Assembly: GCA_963752595.1 (NCBI GenBank)
Contig: CAVVYZ010000009.1
Location: 1-64,000 of the forward strand
Length of the DNA stretch: 64,000 nucleotides
Reading direction: 5' to 3'
Origin: an uncultured delta proteobacterium
GTDB taxonomy: Bacteria; Desulfobacterota; Desulfomonilia; UBA1062
Part shown: positions 55,022-64,000 of the stretch, piece after piece
Layout: the number at the start of each line of letters is the position of its first letter
How positions within the stretch are numbered: position 1 is the stretch's first letter
Position numbers and translations under genes: made by a program
The notes under the pieces: model-generated
The model's input: the letters and a program-made list of their open reading frames with translations, nothing else
What the model was told of the DNA's origin: nothing
The model's database searches: none

Positions 55022-55795
55022 CTACAGCTTATAATCCTTGATAAGCTTGCGTTCCATCTCGCCCGTGATCGTTGCCTGGATTTCGACATAATCCTTGATC
55101 GAAGAGTTCTGGAGCTTATTGCGGAGAAGCTCATCGACCTGGAATATGCCTGCCGAGTTTGCCAAGGCTATCACCAGCTTGACCGGCCGCTCCTCTCCCT
55201 CCTCGATATCGACCCTGTCGACTGCCTGGGCAGAAATCGAATGGATATTGACCTTCCCTGCCTCGAAGGGGATGCGGGACCTTCCCTGGCTCATGTCCAG
55301 TGCATCGGCGACCTTCAGGACACCGGCCTCAATGGTGAGGCAGGTTTCCCTTGCATTATGAGCAACGATGTCGTGCATCACCTCACAGATCACGATCGTC
55401 AGGGCAGGCTCTTCATAGATGCCCGCCAGCAGTTCCCGGGATTTCGGATAAGCGAAAAGCAGGCTGTACTGCTCGTGATTATGCCGGTGGACTGCAATCC
55501 CCACATCGTGAAGAAATGATGCCAGGACGACGATCAATTCGGCGTCTTCCACGCCCAGTCCATAGTTCTTCACAACGCTGGGCTCGACTCCTCCCTTGAT
55601 CAGGAGGCGCAGTATCTTCAAAGCCGCGTTGGATACAATCCGGATATGGATTTCGCCGTGATCGTTTATCCCACTGCGGTCGACCGCGTTCATATTGGCG
55701 CATTTCCACAGCTGATGGAGCTCTTCATCCTCGTAGATCCGTTTGAGAAGCTTCTCCAGCTTGGTATTGCCCCTTGCAGGTATCCGAAAATTCAT
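55022..55795 (-). CDS. HD-domain phosphohydrolase (COG3294-like)
   Basis: NDHGEIH, LHDVG..HR..H, EAGVLKVADALDM.QGRSR, IH..SA. Confidence 0.85.
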   Translation of the reverse strand: MNFRIPARGNTKLEKLLKRIYEDEELHQLWKCANMNAVDRSGINDHGEIHIRIVSNAALKILRLLIKGGVEPSVVKNYGLGVEDAELIVVLASFLHDVGIAVHRHNHEQYSLLFAYPKSRELLAGIYEEPALTIVICEVMHDIVAHNARETCLTIEAGVLKVADALDMSQGRSRIPFEAGKVNIHSISAQAVDRVDIEEGEERPVKLVIALANSAGIFQVDELLRNKLQNSSIKDYVEIQATITGEMERKLIKDYKL

Positions 55796-56050
55796 ATTCC
55801 CCCCGATGCTTTCGTTATCCGGCATGCAAGACAGCCATCTTTCTTTTATAGGGGATTCCTGTGCACATGACCAGTTTCTTCAGAAATTTTCACTGCCGGG
55901 CGGACGTTTGCCGATCAGGGGATTTATCAATATTGTATGGCGCCCATGGGTATTGTATGGTCCGTTTTGTACAAACCGCACCAAGGGGATGCAGCCGGAA
56001 GATAATGCCCTAATGTGCAGATATGCATTGACAACGGGATACGCTCCATA

Positions 56051-56989
56051 ATGGATTTGAAGAGAAAACTTGCACTCATAACAGTAGTACTGTCGTTCTC
56101 CTTGGCGGGATATCCAGCTGCCGCCGGCGCAGACACTGATGCCCAAACCGGCCGTACGACGGCCGTCCTTCCTCACGCCGGAAAGAAAGTACTCATCGTC
56201 AGCAGCGATCATGCTTACCCCCCTTACGTGTTCATGAAAGACGGGACACCGACCGGCTTCAATATCGAGCTTATCCGGGCAGTGGCAGAGGTCATGGATA
56301 TCCCCATACGGATCGTACTCGGCCCATGGAGCCTGGTCAGGCACAAGCTGGAGAGCAGGAAAGTGGACGTGCCGGCAGGCATGTATTATTCGAAGGAAAG
56401 GGACCTGCTCGCCGACTTTTCCGTTCCCAACACGCTGGTGACTTCAGGACTGTTCGTGCGCAAAGGCTCATCCATCCGATCCCTGGAAGGGATTCGCGAC
56501 CATGTCACCATTTACAGCCGGCCCGGCATCGGATCCATCTTCAAGGTTTTTTTCCCGGCTTCCACAGCCGAGGCTTCCCAGGCTCCGCCGATCACTGAGG
56601 ATGGGGACATTCCCGGAGGGAGCGAAACGGTTCTTTTATGCGAGGATGACGAAAGCGTGCGGCAGCTCAGCATGAGCATTCTCTCCTCCAACGGCTATCA
56701 CGTCATCTCTGCCTGCAGCGGCATGGATGCGCTCGAGCTGGCAGGAAGGGGCGGCTCCATAGACCTTCTCTTAGCCGATGTCATCATGCCGGGGATGAAC
56801 GGCAAGATGCTCGCCGAGCGCCTCAAAAAAAATATCCCGAACCTTAAGATCATGTTCATCTCCGGCTACACGGACGATGTCATCATTCATCAAGGCATCC
56901 TCGAGCCCGGATTCGAGCTGCTCATGAAGCCTTTTACCAGCGCAGATCTCCTGTGCAGCATCCGCCGAGTGATCGACGGGGCTGCATAA
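56051..56989 (+). pseudogene. Hybrid sensor histidine kinase with a large in-frame internal deletion (partial SBP_bac_3 domain + HATPase tail + receiver)
   Basis: Signal peptide and YPPY..F..G.PTGF.IEL are fused near 56500 to HVTIYSRPGIGSIFKVFFP, then CEDDE..DVIMPGMNG..KPF. TM, HisKA and N/G1 boxes are absent. Confidence 0.8.
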
Positions 56990-57130
56990 TCCGAACAGCA
57001 AAGGCATCGAGAGGGTCATCCTGTGGCTGCCTGCAAAACAGTATCACCGGATACGATACAGAACGGTTTTTCCAACATCCCTTCAAGACACGGCAAAGAA
57101 ATCCCGAAAGATTTCTCCATGCATGCAAGA

Positions 57131-58057
57131 ATGAGAAGACCCGGCGCGCAGAGCTTCTCCGGATCAATCGCTCTGGCGCTGTCGATCGCCGTCATTTTCA
57201 TCTTCATGTCCGGTGCGTACTGGAAGCAGCCCCGCCCGTGCGAGGAGCCGGTAACATACCGCATCGGCCATGTCGATCCACGGTTCGGGTTGAGCCGCAA
57301 AGAAGTTACCGGGGCAATAGACGATGCGGCCTCCATATGGGAAAAAACAACCCGTCTTGACCTTTTCCAGCAAGAGCAGAAAGGGGCTGTCGAGATCATT
57401 TTTGTATACGATTACCGCCAGGAAGCGGCAGACAAGCTTAAAGGCATAAGCGGCAGCATCGATAACACAAAAAGCTCTTATGATGACCTGAAAGCCCGGT
57501 ATGAAAGCCTGAAGGAAGAGTACGAGCAGAAAGAGACCGCATTGACGAGCGATATCGATTCTTACAATGTGCGGATGCATGCATTGAAGGCGGAAAACGA
57601 TGCCGCTTCACAACAGGGAGGGGCCCCTGAGGACGTCTATAAAAAGCTCCTGGCGGAAAAAGAGTTCCTCGACTCCCTGCACGACGCTCTGGAAACCCGC
57701 CGCATCGAGCTGAACAATATCGTCGAGACCCTCAACAGACTGGCTGAAGCCATCAACGAGATTGCAAACAACCTGAATCTCGAAGTGGTGAACTACAACC
57801 GCACAGGCAAGCAGCTGCGGGAGGAATTCAGCCAAGGACTGTATGAAAAGAGAAACGGCCGTCAGACCATCACGGTCTTCCATTTCAATAACCGCGACAG
57901 GCTTGTGCGGGTATTGGCCCACGAACTCGGTCATGCCCTGGGATTAAGCCACAACAACAACCCCAAGGCTCTCATGTACCGGCTGAACCAGACCGACTCC
58001 CTCGAACTCACCGCGGAAGATATCTCCGCACTGCAGAGACGCTGCACAGGCGGCTGA
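57131..58057 (+). CDS. Membrane-anchored matrixin (M10) metalloprotease with a long coiled-coil insert
   Basis: N-terminal TM; HELGHALGLSH plus Met-turn ALM; heptad-rich central region. Confidence 0.88.
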   Translation: MRRPGAQSFSGSIALALSIAVIFIFMSGAYWKQPRPCEEPVTYRIGHVDPRFGLSRKEVTGAIDDAASIWEKTTRLDLFQQEQKGAVEIIFVYDYRQEAADKLKGISGSIDNTKSSYDDLKARYESLKEEYEQKETALTSDIDSYNVRMHALKAENDAASQQGGAPEDVYKKLLAEKEFLDSLHDALETRRIELNNIVETLNRLAEAINEIANNLNLEVVNYNRTGKQLREEFSQGLYEKRNGRQTITVFHFNNRDRLVRVLAHELGHALGLSHNNNPKALMYRLNQTDSLELTAEDISALQRRCTGG

Positions 58058-58146
58058 GGAAACACCTTCCCTTTTCCTGCCGGAGCCTTAACCTTATTGC
58101 AAACATATAGACATAACCTCTTTCCCTTGTTAATGATGAAAGGGCT

Positions 58147-59663
58147 ATGAAGAGATCATTTATCCAGCCCCCTTCACCCGAGACGCACCCGTATGTAAGG
58201 CTGCTTGCCGAACAGGCATTCTCACGTGCAGCAGGCGCACCGCTCATTCCGGGAAACAGTGTCCGCCTCCTCAAAGATGCCGGCGAGAATTACCCTGCAT
58301 GGCTCGATGCAATGCGCTCCGCAAAGAAGAGCATCCACTTCGAAAGCTACATCATTTATGACGACGAGATCGGCGAGATGTTTGCCGAGGTGATGACTGC
58401 CAAGGCACAGCAAGGAGTGAAGGTCAGGCTGATCTACGACTGGCTGGGCGCGCTGGGAAGACTTCCCGCCGTTTCTGGAAAGAACTCATCGATGCAGGCG
58501 TGGACGTGCGCTGCTTCAATCCGCCCCATATCGGCCACCCTCTGAGCTGGCTGAGCAGAGACCACCGCAAGATGATTGCAGTCGACGGCAAAGTCGGTTT
58601 TGTCACGGGTCTGTGCGTCGGCAGAATGTGGGCGGGTGGTCCGGAGCCGGCAATCGAGCCGTGGCGCGATACGGGCATCAGGGTGGAAGGACCGGCAGTA
58701 GCCGATATCGAACACTCCTTTGCCGACGTGTGGTCTACTATGGGGCCTCCCCTTCCGGAGGAAGAGATCCCTGCCCTGAGCACCTTACATCCGGCAGGCG
58801 ACATAACCTTACGGGTAGTGGCCAGCATCCCGAATACCGCAGGGCTCTTCCGCCTGGACCAGCTCATCGCTGCAGTGGCCCGCCAGTCTCTCTGGCTCAC
58901 GGATGCATATTTCCTCGGGCTGACCCCGTATGTACAGGCGCTCAGGGCTGCTGCGAGAGACGGCGTCGATGTCAGGCTTCTCGTTCCCGGGACGACCGAC
59001 ATCCCGGTCTTAAGAGCGGTTTCCCGGGCCGGATTCCAGCCCCTTCTGGAAGCCGGGGTCAGGATCTTCGAATGGAACGGCCCCATGCTCCACGCAAAGA
59101 CTGCGGTGGCCGACAGCCGGTGGGCCAGGATCGGATCCAGCAATCTGAATATCTCCAGCTGGCTCGGCAATTACGAGCTCGATATTGCCGTGGAGGATGA
59201 GGGATTCGCCCGGGCCATGGAAAGAATGTACCTCGAAGACCTGGCACATTCGACGGAGATCGTGCTGAGCAGTCGCCATGTCGTATGCCCTGCACAGAGC
59301 CGCCCAAAGGTGTCCCGCAGGATGAAAGACAGGAGAAAAGGAAGCATCGGGCGGGCCGGAGCCGGGTTCATCAGGGCAGGAAGGGTCGTGGAGGCAGCCA
59401 TAAGCAACCGCCGGACTCTGGGTCCTGCCGAGGCGAAAATCATGCTCATCGCAAGCATGGTTCTCCTGTTCTTTGCCGGCATAGCACTGCTCTTGCCGAG
59501 GCTGCTCTCTGTCCCGTTCGCAATTTTCAGCGGCTGGCTTGCCATAGCACTGCTCATCAAGGCATACCGGACACGGTCGCGAGGGGAAAAGGCACCCGGC
59601 ACGAAACGGGATGCCGTGAAAAACTCATCTGCCGACTGTACCCCTTCCAGCCCCTTAAAATGA
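58147..59663 (+). CDS. Cardiolipin synthase-like phospholipase D (frameshift near 58460)
   Basis: Two HKD motifs: [10 protein letters not shown] and [14 protein letters not shown]; C-terminal TM pair. Confidence 0.88.
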
Positions 59664-59708
59664 ATTAGGTATTGTCACCGCGCACCCGCTTATACTACAT
59701 GACCTGAC

Positions 59709-61532
59709 ATGACACGCATTGAACTCCTTGCCCCTGCCAAAGACCTTGAGTGCGGGAAAGCTGCCATAGACCACGGTGCAGATTCGGTCTACATCGGAGG
59801 CCCGTCGTTCGGCGCCAGGGCGGCTGCCGGCAACGGGGTGGCAGATGTCGAGAAGCTCGCCCGCTATGCCCATCGCTATCACGCAAAGGTATACCTGACG
59901 CTGAACACCATCCTCTTCGACGGCGAGCTGGATGAGGCGCTGATTATCGCCCGCCAGGCCTGGGAAGCAGGGGCGGATGCCCTGATCATCCAGGATGCGG
60001 GGCTGCTCGAACTCGGTCTGCCCCCGATACCCCTGATTGCCAGCACCCAGATGAACAATGCGGATGTCTCACACATCCGTTTCCTGGAGCAGGCCGGATT
60101 CCAGCGTGCCATCCTTGCGCGGGAGCTTTCCCTGGAACAGATTCACGAGATACGCCGCAATACCACGATCGAGCTGGAAGCATTTGTCCACGGAGCGCTG
60201 TGCGTAAGCTACAGCGGCCGGTGCTACCTGAGTGCGGCCCTGGGAGGCCGAAGCGCCAACCGCGGTTCCTGCGGGCAGCCCTGCCGCCTTCCCTGGAGCC
60301 TCATCGATGCGGACGGCCGCTTGCTCGATCAGAACCGCCACTGCTTAAGCCTCAAGGATATGGACCGGAGCGATTTCCTGGCCGACCTCATCGCTTCGGG
60401 CGTCACTGCGTTCAAGATCGAGGGCCGTCTCAAAGACATGGCATACGTCAAGAACGTCACCGCTTACTACCGCACCCGGATCGACTCCCTGCTCGAGTCC
60501 CGGCCCGATCTTTGCCGGGCTTCAAGCGGACGCACCGAGTTCTCCTTCATACCCAACCCCCGCAAAACCTTCTGCCGGGGGGCAACCGCTTATTTTCTCC
60601 AGGGGCAATCCGACGACATCCGGTCGCCCGACACCCCGAAGTCAACCGGCGAAGAGATCGGCCATGTCACCCAGTGCGGCCAGAACTGGTTCTGCCTGGA
60701 CGAAGGAGCCGATGCGATCAATGCCGGAGACGGCCTGTGCTTCTTTGACCGGGAGAGAGAGCTCCAGGGCCTGCAGGTGGTCAAGGTTATAAACAGTCGG
60801 GTCCAGGCTCACATGCCGATTCCCGGGCTCAAGCGAGGCATGAAGATCATGCGCAACCGCGACCACCAGTTTCTGAAAACCCTCTCGGGCGAGACGGCTC
60901 ATCGGAAAATAGCCCTGAACCTTACCTTCCGGGAGACAGCGGAAGGCTTTTCCCTTGAGGGAAGCGATGAAGACGGCATTGCTGCAACTACTGTCCTCAC
61001 GGCCGGAAAAGAGCCTGCGGAGAAACCCGAGGCGGCCATGGATACCATCCGGAAACAGCTCTCCCGGGTAAATGACAGCATCTTCACTCTTGTCTCACTG
61101 ACCCTGGATACGAGCCCTTATTTTCTCCGCACATCCGAGCTCAACGGCCTGAGACGAGAGCTTATCGCCTCGCTGGAAGCAAAACGCTCGGAATCGTATC
61201 CCCATCCCGTACAGCGGCCGGTGCCGGAAGCAGCTGCCACCTACCCTGAGCCGGAGCTCGATTATCGCTATAACGTCAGCAATAGAGCCGCCCGCGAGTT
61301 CTACCGGAAGCATGGAGCAGCCGTCATCGAGCCTGCTTTCGAAGTGCAGCCCCCTGCACCGGGGGCTTCCCTCATGACCACCAGGCACTGCCTGCGCCGG
61401 TGTCTGGAAGCGTGTCCGAAACAGAAGCCCCACAACTCCCTTGCGGAGCCTCTCTTCATCGAGCATGCAGGCCGCCGCTTCCGCCTTGCATTTGACTGTG
61501 CCGACTGCCGGATGCACATAGTCATGGACTGA
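59709..61532 (+). CDS. U32 family protein with DUF3656 (RlhA-like 23S rRNA hydroxylase)
   Basis: ELLAPA, ASTQ, LAREL, EAFVHGALCVSYSGRC, NRGSCGQPCR, FKIEGR. Confidence 0.88.
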   Translation: MTRIELLAPAKDLECGKAAIDHGADSVYIGGPSFGARAAAGNGVADVEKLARYAHRYHAKVYLTLNTILFDGELDEALIIARQAWEAGADALIIQDAGLLELGLPPIPLIASTQMNNADVSHIRFLEQAGFQRAILARELSLEQIHEIRRNTTIELEAFVHGALCVSYSGRCYLSAALGGRSANRGSCGQPCRLPWSLIDADGRLLDQNRHCLSLKDMDRSDFLADLIASGVTAFKIEGRLKDMAYVKNVTAYYRTRIDSLLESRPDLCRASSGRTEFSFIPNPRKTFCRGATAYFLQGQSDDIRSPDTPKSTGEEIGHVTQCGQNWFCLDEGADAINAGDGLCFFDRERELQGLQVVKVINSRVQAHMPIPGLKRGMKIMRNRDHQFLKTLSGETAHRKIALNLTFRETAEGFSLEGSDEDGIAATTVLTAGKEPAEKPEAAMDTIRKQLSRVNDSIFTLVSLTLDTSPYFLRTSELNGLRRELIASLEAKRSESYPHPVQRPVPEAAATYPEPELDYRYNVSNRAAREFYRKHGAAVIEPAFEVQPPAPGASLMTTRHCLRRCLEACPKQKPHNSLAEPLFIEHAGRRFRLAFDCADCRMHIVMD

Positions 61533-61693
61533 GCTTCGCTTAAAGGGGCTGTTCAGAAAGAGCGACAGTAATCCTCTGAAAAAGCCGGACGAGTGTAAAC
61601 CAGAAAGTAAGAACCCTTGGTTTATGCCTTACAAAAAGAGCTCGGTCCTGATACAGAGAACATGAATACGTATTATATCTTGAGGAGTGATCA

Positions 61694-62611
61694 ATGCAGG
61701 GACATCGGAATGAGTTACGGCCAAAAGCAATGAAGCAGACGTTCCTGAAAGTAACCGAGCCTGCCGAGCTGATGCAGTTTCTGATTGCCCGGATGCCGGA
61801 CAAGAGCCGCAGCACCATCAAGTCTCTCCTTGCCCATCACCAGGTTCTGGTCGACGATAAGGCGATCACTCAGTTCAATCACCGACTGAAGCCCGGCCAG
61901 CAGGTCACGATAACATGGACCAAGGTGCTGCAGAGAGATAGGCAGAAAGGCCTGAAAATCGTTTTTGAGGACCCCTACATCATCGTAATCGAGAAGCAGC
62001 CCGGCCTGCTCTCCATTGCAACGGAGAAAGAAAATGAACGCACAGCCTACAGGATGCTGAGCGACCAGGTAAAACGGATAGACCCGAAGAACCGGATATT
62101 CGTGGTGCATCGGCTCGACCGGGAGGCTTCGGGCCTCATGATGTTTGCCAAGAACAAAGAGATACAGCGCCTGCTGCAGGATGCATGGCAGACAGACATC
62201 CTCGAACGAAGCTATGCGGTGGTGGTGGAAGGCCGCATCCAAAAGGAGCAGGACACGATCACTTCATGGCTGAAGCAGAACAAAGCCCATGTCATGTACT
62301 CGACCCAGACCCCCCGAGACGGCCGGAAAGCCGTGACCCGCTACAGGATGCTGATGTGTAATGACAACTACTCACTGCTGGAAGTGAAGGTCGAGACAGG
62401 CAGAAAGAACCAGATCCGCATTCATATGAAAGACCTCGGCCACAGCATCGTCGGCGATAAGAAATACGGATCAACGGAGAAGCCCATCGGCCGCCTCGGC
62501 CTTCACGCCCGTGTCCTAGCCTTCCGGCATCCGGTGACCGGCAAGGAGCTCCGTTTTGAAACCCCGATCCCCAAGGAGTTCCTGCGCCTGTTCGGCGAAA
62601 AGCGGGTATAA
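61694..62611 (+). CDS. RluA/RluD family pseudouridine synthase
   Basis: EKQPGLLS, VHRLDREASGL, TGRKNQIR.H, IVGDKKYG, LGLHA. Confidence 0.93.
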   Translation: MQGHRNELRPKAMKQTFLKVTEPAELMQFLIARMPDKSRSTIKSLLAHHQVLVDDKAITQFNHRLKPGQQVTITWTKVLQRDRQKGLKIVFEDPYIIVIEKQPGLLSIATEKENERTAYRMLSDQVKRIDPKNRIFVVHRLDREASGLMMFAKNKEIQRLLQDAWQTDILERSYAVVVEGRIQKEQDTITSWLKQNKAHVMYSTQTPRDGRKAVTRYRMLMCNDNYSLLEVKVETGRKNQIRIHMKDLGHSIVGDKKYGSTEKPIGRLGLHARVLAFRHPVTGKELRFETPIPKEFLRLFGEKRV

Positions 62612-62711
62612 AAAGCCGTATCCCTTTGCCTTTACAGGCGGACATGTGTGTGGTCCGGCCTTCCGGTACGATATTCATATTGAATTCTGCAGGCTCATCG
62701 CGTATATTAAC

Positions 62712-62722
62712 TGGTAATACCA
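62712..62722. promoter_or_regulatory. Probable FadR-family operator TGGT-N3-ACCA
   Basis: TGGTaatACCA about 20 bp upstream of the FadR-family gene; matches the T.GT-N3-AC.A pattern known for this subfamily. Confidence 0.6.
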
Positions 62723-62742
62723 CCAGCCATATGGAGACGATC

Positions 62743-63461
62743 ATGAACAGCATGCTGAAACCGCTCAAAGCAGAGAGTCTCAAGGAAGTATTCATCTCGC
62801 GGTTTGAAGACCTGATACTTACCGGAAAGCTCGCCATCGGCCAGAGGCTCCCGCCAGAGCGGGAGCTGGCGGTCCAGCTCGGGGTGAGCAGGCCCGTGGT
62901 GCACGAAGGGCTTCTTGACCTGTCAGTTAAGGGCCTCGTTACCATGAAGCCCAGGGCGGGAACCGTGGTGAACGACTACCGCAAGGAAGGTTCACTCTTC
63001 ATGCTGGAATCCATCTTCAATTTCCGGCGGGGGAACCTCGATCCGGAGCTCATGCGGAGCCTTCTCGAGGTGAGACTGCTCATGGAGGTCGAAACCGCGC
63101 GGCTCGCATCCCGGCACCGCAGCAAGGAACAGGTGAGTGCTTTCCAGGACATTCTCGCACAGGGAAGAAGTAACCGGCAGGCATGATATCGACGGCCTTT
63201 CGGGTCTGGATTTCGAGCTTCACCAGCTGATCGCGCTGGCTTCGGGCAATCTCGTCTATCCGTTGCTTATCAACTCGTTCAAGCCGGTATACACGACCAT
63301 GACCTCAACCTTCTTTTCCGACGCTGCCGTGGTGCCCGAACGTGCATTCTTTCCATAAAAAGCTGGTCGCCGCGATCGAGAGCAAGGATGAGAAAAAGGC
63401 GGCTCGGATAATGACTGAACTGCTTGCCCACGGCGAGCAGCACCTGGTAAGACTGATATGA
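62743..63461 (+). CDS. GntR/FadR family transcriptional regulator (frameshifted)
   Basis: GQRLPPERELAVQLGVSRPVVHEGL; FCD domain EVRLLMEV..DFELH..IALASGN. Confidence 0.9.
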
Positions 63462-63481
63462 GAGGAAAGAGGAGGTAGGCC

Positions 63482-64000
63482 ATGAGCACGGCCGGATGCA
63501 TTGCAGGAGAAACATTCGGTCAAGGAACCCAAGAACCTCTCGCCGCGCATACAGTGGCTGAGGGATTATTATTTCAAGGGCACCCAGAGGGCGTGGAACA
63601 ACGAGTTCACGGCCTGGAGCACGGGTACGGACTGGGATATCCTCTTCGATGAGATGACCTTCTACATCGTTCCCGAAACATATGCCTTCCTCCAGACCTT
63701 CCGATCCTCCATGCAGCAGGCTGCCCGGAATGTCCAGCTCCACAACGAATTCTGGAAGTGGAGCCTGCCCGAGAGAAAGGCATGGTTCATCAAAGAGGTC
63801 GATGCTGAACTGCGTCCCGCAGGAGATCCTTCCCGGCGACCTCATTGCGGGCGGCCGGTTCAATGTCCAGACTTCCAAATGCTGGACAAAGAAAGAGGCC
63901 GATACGCGCGACAAGCTCATCTACGGCAAAAACGGCGCGCGCGCAGCCATGAAATGGTTCCACGACCACGGCTACGGCAATTCGGGCGCAACCTCGGGGC
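63482..64000 (+). CDS. Glycyl-radical enzyme (pyruvate formate-lyase family), N-terminal part; frameshifted; runs off the window end
   Basis: RBS GGAGG at 63471. Manual translation gives LSPRIQWLRDYYF..SLPERKAW..PQEILPGDLIAGG..GNSGATSG(H), matching the I.PGELIVG and GH layout of GREs. Not present in the ORF track. Confidence 0.7.

Overview
Chromosomal 64-kb stretch of an anaerobic diderm bacterium. Gene content suggests Desulfobacterota/former Deltaproteobacteria (inference). Many conserved genes (cysK, nadA, cusA, katE, cls, fadR, a glycyl-radical enzyme) carry single-base frameshifts, most likely long-read consensus errors. The centrepiece is a mercury-methylation pair, hgcA-hgcB (17042-18530), directly behind a Cys-rich MarR regulator. 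The marR promoter has perfect TTGACA and TATAAT boxes overlapped by a perfect 21-bp palindrome that reaches the start codon. This block lies between two sulfur/Fe-S operons (mnmA-larE and rrf2-nadA-fdhD-metY-cysK) whose promoters share an identically placed palindromic box. Other contents: two IS5-family elements (one disrupting asmA), a high-GC large-subunit catalase, a Cus-type RND efflux system, two chemoreceptors (one with an apparently periplasmic CZB domain), an uncharacterised His/Met-rich CWB2-like + DUF4396-like three-gene operon, a 147-bp structured intergenic element, an archaeal-type GAPDH, several deleted or truncated genes, RNA-modification genes and the 5' part of a FadR-associated glycyl-radical enzyme missed by the ORF track. 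No rRNA, tRNA or CRISPR array was seen. All calls rest on motif recognition by eye; no database searches were run.
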